Assembly: GCA_047650615.1 (NCBI GenBank)
Contig: JBLHNI010000001.1
Coordinates: 1 to 36,445 of the forward strand
DNA from: Maribacter sp.
Lineage (GTDB): Bacteria > Bacteroidota > Bacteroidia > Flavobacteriales > Flavobacteriaceae
DNA length: 36,445 bases
Reading direction: 5' to 3'
Positions 28,998 to 36,445 of the stretch are shown piece after piece (positions within the stretch are counted from its first letter, which is position 1; every line of letters begins with the position of its first letter). The position numbers and the translations under genes were made by a program. The notes below the pieces were generated by a model. It made no database searches, had not been told where the DNA came from, and worked only from the letters and a program-made list of their open reading frames with translations.

Positions 28998-29171
28998 ATG
29001 AACCGTGTTTCTGTGTTCGGGCTATGGGGAATTAAGAAGTCAAACCCTTTAGCAGCTCATCAGATGGGCAACCGAATTTTAAAGCTAACTTCTGATTACC
29101 ATACTACCATCGTGCAAAGTCAGCACGACTACTTCTTTATTCCTACTACTCAGGAACAGATTCTTATTTGA
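28998..29171 (+). CDS. Candidate leader peptide (57-aa uORF) upstream of speA
   Basis: MNRVSVFGLWGIKKSNPLAAHQMGNRILKLTSDYHTTIVQSQHDYFFIPTTQEQILI*, same strand, ends 89 bp before speA; absent from the ORF track. Confidence 0.45.
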   Translation: MNRVSVFGLWGIKKSNPLAAHQMGNRILKLTSDYHTTIVQSQHDYFFIPTTQEQILI

Positions 29172-29260
29172 AAATCGTAATCAATGTAATTTTTTGATAG
29201 ACTACGTTATTACGTTGTCTACGTCTCATCGATTTTCAATTTTCAAACATTTATTTTAAA

Positions 29261-30709
29261 ATGAATACTAAATACATTGATCTAATAGATCAAACCTATC
29301 ATTTTCCTCAAGAAGAATTTACCTTGGAGGACGAACATCTACGTTTTCACGGCATAGACCTAAACCAAGTAGTGGCCCAGTACGGTAGCCCTTTAAAGTT
29401 TACGTATTTACCAAAAATTTCCGAGAATATTTACAGGGCTAAAAACTGGTTTGCCAATGCCATAGAGAAATACAAATACAAAGGCAACTACAAATATTGC
29501 TATTGTACCAAAAGCTCACATTTTCAGCATGTTTTAAACGAGGCTTTAAAGAATGATATTCATATAGAGACCTCTTCTGCCTTTGATATTAATATTGTAG
29601 AGCAGCTCAAAGCCAAGGGTAAGATAAAAGAAGATACCTTTATTATCTGTAACGGCTTTAAACGTGATCAGTATATCGAAAACATCGGCAGGCTTATCAA
29701 TGAAGGGCACCAGAACTGTATTCCGATAATTGATAATTACGAGGAAATAGATTTATTGTCCGACGTAATAAAGGATGATTTTCAGGTAGGAATTCGTATT
29801 GCTTCTGAGGAGGAGCCTAAATTTGAGTTTTATACGTCTAGATTAGGAATTGGATATAAGAATATTGTTCCCTTTTACGAAAACCAGATAAAGAACAACG
29901 AGAAGGTTGAACTGAAAATGCTTCACTTTTTTATAAATACGGGTATTCGTGATAACGCCTATTACTGGAACGAACTTGCTAAGTGTTTAAAGGTGTATGT
30001 GCGATTGAAAAAAATGTGTCCGTCTTTGGATAGCTTGAATATTGGCGGCGGATTTCCTATTAAAAATTCATTGGCGTTTGAGTATGATTATCAATACATG
30101 ATTGACGAAATCATCAATCAAATAAAGATTACGTGTGATGAAGCCAAGGTGTCTGTTCCTAATATCTTTACTGAATTCGGAAGTTTTACGGTAGGGGAAA
30201 CAGGAGGTGCCATCTACGAAATCCTCTACCAAAAACAACAGAACGACCGTGAAAAGTGGAACATGATAGATTCTTCTTTCATTACTACGTTACCGGATAC
30301 ATGGGCAATAAACAAACGGTTTATTATGCTTCCCATCAACCGTTGGAACGATGAGTACGAGCGTGTACTTTTGGGTGGACTTACTTGTGATAGTGATGAT
30401 TATTACAATAGCGAGCAGAATATGAACGCCATTTACTTACCTAAATATAAAAAGGATAAACCCTTGTATATCGGTTTTTTCAACACGGGAGCCTATCAAG
30501 AAACCATTGGTGGATATGGGGGTTTACAACACTGTCTTATTCCACAGCCCAAGCATATTCTAATAGATAGGGATGCCGAAGGAAACATCGTAACCAGCTT
30601 GTTTAACCCACAGCAAAAAGCGGAGGACTTATTGAAGATTTTAGGGTATGATGTTAATGCGGAAGTTAAAGAGGAGAAAAAAGAAGTAGTAAACCACGGG
30701 GTTAGTTAA
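29261..30709 (+). CDS. speA: Arginine decarboxylase (alanine-racemase fold, PLP)
   Basis: YCYCTKSSH (PLP Lys), ICNGFK, SRLG, LNIGGG, TEFG, LTCDSDD, GAYQE; next to agmatinase. Confidence 0.92.
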   Translation: MNTKYIDLIDQTYHFPQEEFTLEDEHLRFHGIDLNQVVAQYGSPLKFTYLPKISENIYRAKNWFANAIEKYKYKGNYKYCYCTKSSHFQHVLNEALKNDIHIETSSAFDINIVEQLKAKGKIKEDTFIICNGFKRDQYIENIGRLINEGHQNCIPIIDNYEEIDLLSDVIKDDFQVGIRIASEEEPKFEFYTSRLGIGYKNIVPFYENQIKNNEKVELKMLHFFINTGIRDNAYYWNELAKCLKVYVRLKKMCPSLDSLNIGGGFPIKNSLAFEYDYQYMIDEIINQIKITCDEAKVSVPNIFTEFGSFTVGETGGAIYEILYQKQQNDREKWNMIDSSFITTLPDTWAINKRFIMLPINRWNDEYERVLLGGLTCDSDDYYNSEQNMNAIYLPKYKKDKPLYIGFFNTGAYQETIGGYGGLQHCLIPQPKHILIDRDAEGNIVTSLFNPQQKAEDLLKILGYDVNAEVKEEKKEVVNHGVS

Positions 30710-30734
30710 AAATTTAAAAACAACAAATAATAAA

Positions 30735-31673
30735 ATGAAACAGTCAAAGAATTACGCGGGTATTACCGACGAATTCGCACAATTGGAAACCGCTAAGGTG
30801 GTTTTGATTCCGGTTCCTTATGATGGTACTAGTACCTGGGGCAAGGGAGCCGATAAAGGTCCTGAAGCTTTTTTAGCAGCTTCTGAAAATATGGAGCTGT
30901 ATGATATTGAGACCGGCTCAGAAGTGTATGAACAAGGCATACATCTTACGGAAGCTCTAACAGAAAATAGTAGTCCTGAGGCTATGGTAGATGCGGTACA
31001 TAAGACGACCAAAGAGTATATTATACGCAACAAATTTGTGACTCTTTTTGGTGGAGAACATTCTATTTCGATAGGAAGCATCCGTGCCTTTAATGAGTGT
31101 TTTGATAATCTGACTGTGTTGCATATAGATGCACATGCCGATTTGCGCGAATCTTATGACGGTACCAAATACAATCATGCCTGCGCCGTTCACGAAGCTA
31201 GCCAGACTACAAATTTAGTGCAGGTAGGTATTCGTTCTATTGATGCAATCGAAAAGACCTTTATGGATGAAGAAAAGACCTTTTTTGCCCATGATATGGT
31301 GAACGATGAATATTGGATAGATAAAGTGGTAGAAGCGTGCACGGAAAACGTCTTTATTACATTTGATTTAGATGTATTAGACCCTTCCATTATGCCATCT
31401 ACGGGAACACCGGAGCCAGGTGGCTTGTTATGGTATGAGACTTTAGAATTTCTAAAACAGGTGTTTAAGGAGAAGAACGTTGTTGGTTTTGATATTGTGG
31501 AACTCTGTCCCAATATCGCTGATAAATCTTCAGATTTTTTAGCTGCTAAATTATATTACAAAATGTTAAGCTATAAGTTCATGGGGCAAGATGCAGATGA
31601 GAATTATGACAACACCTATGATGTAGATTATAAATCAAATACCAGTTCAAAATTCAAAGAGGATGAAGACTAA
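30735..31673 (+). CDS. speB: Agmatinase
   Basis: GGEHS, DAHADL, DLDVLDPS.MPSTGTPEPGG ureohydrolase motifs. Confidence 0.95.
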   Translation: MKQSKNYAGITDEFAQLETAKVVLIPVPYDGTSTWGKGADKGPEAFLAASENMELYDIETGSEVYEQGIHLTEALTENSSPEAMVDAVHKTTKEYIIRNKFVTLFGGEHSISIGSIRAFNECFDNLTVLHIDAHADLRESYDGTKYNHACAVHEASQTTNLVQVGIRSIDAIEKTFMDEEKTFFAHDMVNDEYWIDKVVEACTENVFITFDLDVLDPSIMPSTGTPEPGGLLWYETLEFLKQVFKEKNVVGFDIVELCPNIADKSSDFLAAKLYYKMLSYKFMGQDADENYDNTYDVDYKSNTSSKFKEDED

Positions 31674-32637
31674 AGGAGCGATTTCGAATTTTATCGAAAA
31701 ATATTATTTACATTTTAACGCAGCTGCCTTGGTGGATGCGGCCAAAGGCTATGAAGCACAATTGAACCAAGGTTCTAAAATGTTGGTTTCCCTTGCGGGA
31801 GCTATGAGTACTGCGGAAATAGGTAAAATTTTTGCAGAAATGATTCGGCAAGATAAGGTGCAAATCGTGTCTTGCACAGGTGCGAATTTGGAAGAAGATA
31901 TTATGAATTTGGTGGCGCATTCCCATTACAAACGTGTTCCCAATTACCGTGATTTAACGCCACAAGACGAGTGGGATTTACTGGAAAAAGGATTGAATCG
32001 TGTTACAGATACTTGTATTCCAGAGGAAGAGGCATTCCGTAGAATTCAAGAACATATTGTTAAGATTTGGATGGATGCCGAGGCTAAAGGCGAACGCTAT
32101 CTTCCACATGAGTATATGTATAAATTATTACTTTCAGGAGTTTTAGAGGAGCATTATGAAATAGATTTGAAGGATTCTTGGATGTACGCTGCTGCAGAAA
32201 AAAACTTACCTATTATTTGTCCAGGTTGGGAAGATAGCACGATGGGAAATATTTTTGCTTCCTATGTATTGAAGGGCGAATTACAGGCCAGCACTATGAA
32301 ATCTGGAATAGAATACATGACCTTTTTGGCCGACTGGTACACCCATAATTCCGAGAATGGAATAGGGTTCTTTCAAATTGGAGGTGGTATTGCTGGAGAT
32401 TTTCCAATTTGTGTGGTTCCCATGCTATACCAAGATATGGAACGCACAGATACGCCGTTCTGGAGCTATTTCTGTCAGATAAGTGATAGTACCACCAGTT
32501 ATGGTTCGTATTCTGGGGCCGTTCCCAATGAGAAAATTACATGGGGTAAATTAGATATCAATACCCCAAAATTTATCATAGAAAGTGATGCGACCATCGT
32601 TGCACCCTTAATTTTTGCTTACCTTTTAGATATGTAA
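31663..32637 (+). CDS. Deoxyhypusine synthase-like protein (probable homospermidine synthase)
   Basis: AGAMSTA, TGANLEED, NRVTD, GGG, GSYSGA.P.EKITWGK; overlaps the speB stop. Confidence 0.9.
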   Translation: MKTKGAISNFIEKYYLHFNAAALVDAAKGYEAQLNQGSKMLVSLAGAMSTAEIGKIFAEMIRQDKVQIVSCTGANLEEDIMNLVAHSHYKRVPNYRDLTPQDEWDLLEKGLNRVTDTCIPEEEAFRRIQEHIVKIWMDAEAKGERYLPHEYMYKLLLSGVLEEHYEIDLKDSWMYAAAEKNLPIICPGWEDSTMGNIFASYVLKGELQASTMKSGIEYMTFLADWYTHNSENGIGFFQIGGGIAGDFPICVVPMLYQDMERTDTPFWSYFCQISDSTTSYGSYSGAVPNEKITWGKLDINTPKFIIESDATIVAPLIFAYLLDM

Positions 32638-32639
32638 TT

Positions 32640-32966
32640 ATGGACAGACATGCACATTTAAACAAAGTTATTGTCGATTTTAAAAAATTGACGCCAGAAG
32701 TTTTGAAACTTACTGTGGAGCGCTACCCAGATGGGTACGACGATCGTGATGTTATTTCTTTTCGCAACTCCAAAGGAGAACGTGTAGAGGCGGTTGAGGT
32801 TTTAACCGCAGATACTAAGTACCTGGTAAAAATCAGTGAAAAACTGGAATATACCATGGAAAATTATGATGCTGCCGATTACGAGGATTTTGAAGATGAT
32901 GACCCAACTGCCGTGGTGGAGCCAGACCTAGAGGATATGGCAGATGCTCAAGATTCGGATGACTAA
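32640..32966 (+). CDS. Conserved small acidic hypothetical protein
   Basis: VIVDFKKLT..L....YPDGY, F.N.KGE..EAVEV, YLVKIS and D/E-rich tail. Confidence 0.82.
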   Translation: MDRHAHLNKVIVDFKKLTPEVLKLTVERYPDGYDDRDVISFRNSKGERVEAVEVLTADTKYLVKISEKLEYTMENYDAADYEDFEDDDPTAVVEPDLEDMADAQDSDD

Positions 32967-33107
32967 GGTATTGTGCCAGAACCCGCTTGCCTTGTCTGCA
33001 GACTACCATACCGTTTTTGAGTAGTTTTCAAACAAATTTCACAGTACCAACCTAGGTTGGCACTGCATTACTATTTCCTTCACTTAAGGGTACTTAATTA
33101 ATTACAG

Positions 33108-34634
33108 ATGAAAATAGAGGAAATTGAAAATATTGAATTAAAGTTTTTAAACCTGGATGATTATCAAGAACTAAAGACCGCCATGATTTCTGCGTATACC
33201 AATATGCCTGGAGCCTATTGGAAAGAAGAGCATATTACATCTTTGATTCAGAAATTTCAAGAAGGGCAAGTAGTTATCAAAATTAATGGACAGTTGGCAG
33301 GTGTTGCACTTTCCATCATCGTAGACTATGATAAATTTGATGACGAGCATACCTATGAGCAGATTACTGGAGATTATTCCTTTAGTACCCATGATGCGTA
33401 TGGCGATGTGTTGTATGGGATTGAGGTATTTATAAAACCACAGTTTAGGGGTTTGCGGTTGGGCAGAAGATTATATGATTATAGAAAGGAACTTTGCGAA
33501 AAATTAAATTTAAAGAGCATAGTCTTTGGCGGAAGGATGCCTAATTTCCACACTTATTCCAGGGAGTTAACACCAAAGGAATATATTGCCAAGGTGCGTA
33601 GAAAAGAAATTCAAGATCCGGTGCTCAATTTTCAGATTAGCAACGACTTTCATCCTGCCAAGGTCATGAAAGGGTATTTGCCAGGCGATGCAGCTTCCAA
33701 TGATTTTGCAATCCTGATGGAATGGGATAATATTTATTACCAAAAGCCTTCTAAAAAAGCGGCGACTAAGAAAACGATTATCCGTTTAGGATTGATACAA
33801 TGGCAAATGCGTCCCTATAAGGATTTAGAGGCCTTATTGGAGCAAGCGGAGTATTTTATAGACGCGGTATCGGGTTATCGGTCGGATTTTGCACTGTTTC
33901 CTGAGTTTTTTAATGCTCCCTTGATGGCTAAGGATAACCATTTGTCTACGCCAGATGCTATCAGGGAGCTTGCAAAGCATACTGAAGCCATTGTACAGAA
34001 GTTTTCGGAATTTTCCATATCCTATAATATCAATATCATCACGGGAAGCATGCCCGAAATGATAGATGGCCGCTTGTACAATGTGGGCTATCTCTGCCGT
34101 CGCGATGGTAGTATGGAGCGTTATGAAAGATTACATGTAACTCCGAATGAGGCCAAGGTTTGGGGCATGCAAGGTGGTACACAGCTAAAAGCTTTTGATA
34201 CCGATTGCGGAAAAATAGGGATACTCATTTGTTATGATTCCGAGTTTCCGGAACTAAGTCGTTTACTGGCAGATGAAGGCATGGATATCCTTTTTATTCC
34301 TTTTTTAACGGATACGCAGAACGGCTATTCCAGAGTTCGACACTGTGCACAGGCGAGAGCCATAGAAAACGAATGTTATGTGGCCATTGCAGGTAGCGTA
34401 GGGAATTTGCCCAATGTTCAGAATATGGATATCCAGTTTGCCCAATCCATGGTATTCACGCCCTGCGATTTCTCTTTTCCTACCAACGGGATAAAAGCGG
34501 AGGCTACCCCGAACACGGAAATGATACTAATTGCCGATGTAGATATCGATTTGTTGCGCGAATTGAATCAATTTGGTGCGGTAAGGAACTTAAAAGACAG
34601 AAGAACCGATATCTTTGAATTACGAAAAAAATAA
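33108..34634 (+). CDS. GNAT acetyltransferase / carbon-nitrogen hydrolase fusion
   Basis: [12 protein letters not shown] acetyl-CoA motif; [24 protein letters not shown] nitrilase-superfamily motifs. Confidence 0.93.
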   Translation: MKIEEIENIELKFLNLDDYQELKTAMISAYTNMPGAYWKEEHITSLIQKFQEGQVVIKINGQLAGVALSIIVDYDKFDDEHTYEQITGDYSFSTHDAYGDVLYGIEVFIKPQFRGLRLGRRLYDYRKELCEKLNLKSIVFGGRMPNFHTYSRELTPKEYIAKVRRKEIQDPVLNFQISNDFHPAKVMKGYLPGDAASNDFAILMEWDNIYYQKPSKKAATKKTIIRLGLIQWQMRPYKDLEALLEQAEYFIDAVSGYRSDFALFPEFFNAPLMAKDNHLSTPDAIRELAKHTEAIVQKFSEFSISYNINIITGSMPEMIDGRLYNVGYLCRRDGSMERYERLHVTPNEAKVWGMQGGTQLKAFDTDCGKIGILICYDSEFPELSRLLADEGMDILFIPFLTDTQNGYSRVRHCAQARAIENECYVAIAGSVGNLPNVQNMDIQFAQSMVFTPCDFSFPTNGIKAEATPNTEMILIADVDIDLLRELNQFGAVRNLKDRRTDIFELRKK

Positions 34635-34641
34635 AAAAGAG

Positions 34642-36012
34642 TTGAAGGATTTAAAAATAATAGGAAGCGAAGAGTGGTGTGTTTTTGAAGGTCTGGGTGT
34701 ACCGGCAATTAAGGCTAGGGTCGATTCCGGAGCAAAAACCTCCTCTATACAAGCAACGAATTTAAAAATATATACAAAAGGAACCCAAGAGTGGGTGCGG
34801 TTTGAAATCAACCCATTACAGGAGAATAGGAGTATCGCTATTGAGTGTGAAGCTCGTTTAGTAGATCGGCGTATGGTAAAGAGCTCCTCAGGTATTTCTG
34901 AGGTGCGATTGGTAGTAAAAACACCATTGACCATAGGCGACGATACCTTTGATGTAGAGCTGACTTTGGCCAATCGGGATACCATGGAATTCCGTATGCT
35001 GTTGGGCCGTGAGGCCTTGAACGAACGCTACATTGTAAATCCTGCCTTGAATTATGTAGCTAAGGAATTTTCTGATGACGAAATAGATGTAAAATATGCG
35101 CCGTTCAAAAAGGAAAAAACAGGATTAAAAATCGCGTTGCTTGCAAGTAATCCAAACCTGTACAGCAATATGCGAATCATGGAGGCCGCAGAGGCCCGAG
35201 GGCACGAAATCCAGTTCTTGAACGTAGAGCTGGCCTATATGAAATTGGATGCCAATTCTCCCGAAATACGCTACAGAGGCGGGAATATATTGACTGATTT
35301 TGATGCTGTAATTCCGCGTATAAAACCATCCGTTACTTTTTATGGTTGTGCATTGATTAGGCAGTTCACCAATTTAGGAGCCTATTGCCAAAATTCAGCA
35401 GAAGCCATAACACAGTCAAGGGATAAATTGTTTGCTTCGCAATTGTTCTCCAAAAACGATATCCATATTCCCATCACCGGTTTTGCAAAGTCGCCCCAAG
35501 ACACAAAAGATCTTATTAAAATGGTTAACGGGGCACCATTAATCATAAAACTATTGGAAAGTACTCAGGGGAAAGGTGTGGTCTTGGCGGAGACCAACAA
35601 GGCGGCAGAAAGTGTGATCAATGCCTTTAAAAGTGTCAACACAAACATCTTGGTACAAGAGTTTATTAAAGAAGCCAACGGACAGGATATTCGTTGTTTC
35701 GTAGTCAACGGAAAAGTAGTAGCCAGTATGCAGCGACAGGCGCAAAAAGGGGAGTTCCGTGCCAATATTCACCAAGGCGGTATTGCATCTATCATAAAGA
35801 TTACCTCGGAGGAGAAAAAATTGGCTATAAAAGCGGCTAAGATACTTGACCTGGCAGTAGCCGGTGTGGATATTATCCGTTCCAATAAAGGCCCTTTGTT
35901 GTTAGAAGTGAATTCTTCCCCTGGCTTGGAAGGTATAGAAAACGCCACAGGAAGGGACATTGCTAACGAAATGATTGTATCTATTGAAAAGAAGCTGAAG
36001 TTTAGTATTTAG
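34642..36012 (+). CDS. rimK: RimK ATP-grasp glutamate ligase with N-terminal RimB-like (retropepsin-like) protease domain
   Basis: [26 protein letters not shown]; then [39 protein letters not shown]. Start TTG 34642 preferred over 34615. Confidence 0.92.
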   Translation: MKDLKIIGSEEWCVFEGLGVPAIKARVDSGAKTSSIQATNLKIYTKGTQEWVRFEINPLQENRSIAIECEARLVDRRMVKSSSGISEVRLVVKTPLTIGDDTFDVELTLANRDTMEFRMLLGREALNERYIVNPALNYVAKEFSDDEIDVKYAPFKKEKTGLKIALLASNPNLYSNMRIMEAAEARGHEIQFLNVELAYMKLDANSPEIRYRGGNILTDFDAVIPRIKPSVTFYGCALIRQFTNLGAYCQNSAEAITQSRDKLFASQLFSKNDIHIPITGFAKSPQDTKDLIKMVNGAPLIIKLLESTQGKGVVLAETNKAAESVINAFKSVNTNILVQEFIKEANGQDIRCFVVNGKVVASMQRQAQKGEFRANIHQGGIASIIKITSEEKKLAIKAAKILDLAVAGVDIIRSNKGPLLLEVNSSPGLEGIENATGRDIANEMIVSIEKKLKFSI

Positions 36013-36030
36013 TAAAAAATAAAGCGAAAT

Positions 36031-36397
36031 ATGACATACGCATATACTATACTTTATGTAGAAAATGTAACTTATACCATTGAGTTTTATGAAAGAGTAT
36101 TCGGATTTAGCCAAAAATTCATTACTCCTTGAAACGATTATAGCATTTGCTTCAATAGCTTTGGGCCATTCCAACTTTAAGAGCGGATTCGAAAAAAGTA
36201 ATAATTCCAGGAAACCATTTGGAGTTGAATTGGCTTTTACGACCAAAAATATTGATACGGACCTTCAAAACGCATTAAATATGGGAGCAACTGAATTTGA
36301 ACCGTTAACCAAAAAACCGTAGGGACAGAAAGTAGGATATGTTTGGGATAATAATGGGTTCTTGATTGAAACCTATGCACCATTAAAATCTAAATAA
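36031..36397 (+). pseudogene. VOC/glyoxalase-family gene, disrupted
   Basis: MTYAYTILYVENV..TIEFYERVFGF, TGA at 36130-36132 plus frameshift, then ...KKP-TAG(36320-36322; Trp expected in KPWGQ)-GQKVGYVWDNNGFLIE. Confidence 0.88.
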
Positions 36398-36445
36398 TAA
36401 TAGAATCTGTAGTAAAACAGCTTATTGTAACATCAATTAGAGTAA

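Noticed and set aside
31663-32637. Bacterial hypusination of EF-P
   Set aside because: Context with speA/speB favours homospermidine synthesis; no efp nearby.
168-36246. Short antisense or overlapping ORFs in the track (e.g. 168-359, 9200-9436, 16194-16742, 19739-19987, 23406-23774, 35902-36246)
   Set aside because: Shadows of well-supported genes with no recognisable motifs.
36320-36322. Programmed stop-codon readthrough in the VOC or Crp genes
   Set aside because: Accompanied by frameshifts and further stops, consistent with pseudogenisation.

Overview
AT-rich Bacteroidota DNA, most likely Flavobacteriaceae (TAnnTTTG promoters, characteristic gene families). Left to right: the 5' part of ahpC; a tightly packed minus-strand cluster (decayed Crp/Fnr gene, CxxC/CxxC protein, phosphoesterase-like/kinase-like/Omp85-barrel protein, Rieske-fused FMN glutamate-synthase-like protein, hypothetical, NnrE, orphan Pycsar-type membrane effector); a propionyl-CoA carboxylase/methylmalonyl-CoA mutase operon; an MFS transporter; a lipoprotein Rid protein; two tandem paralogous 37-aa cationic peptides; a twice-repeated envelope module (redox lipoprotein + YceI + OB-fold protein + DUF5777-type barrel) whose two promoters share a direct-repeat operator, next to a membrane-bound LytTR regulator; tRNA-Arg(CCT); a polyamine operon (speA-speB-DHS-like) behind a structured leader with a 57-codon uORF; a GNAT-nitrilase fusion; a RimB-RimK fusion; and a VOC pseudogene. 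Best candidates for undescribed biology: the LytTR-linked DUF5777/YceI/redox-lipoprotein system, the twin peptides and the speA leader. All family calls come from motif recognition by eye; no searches were run.
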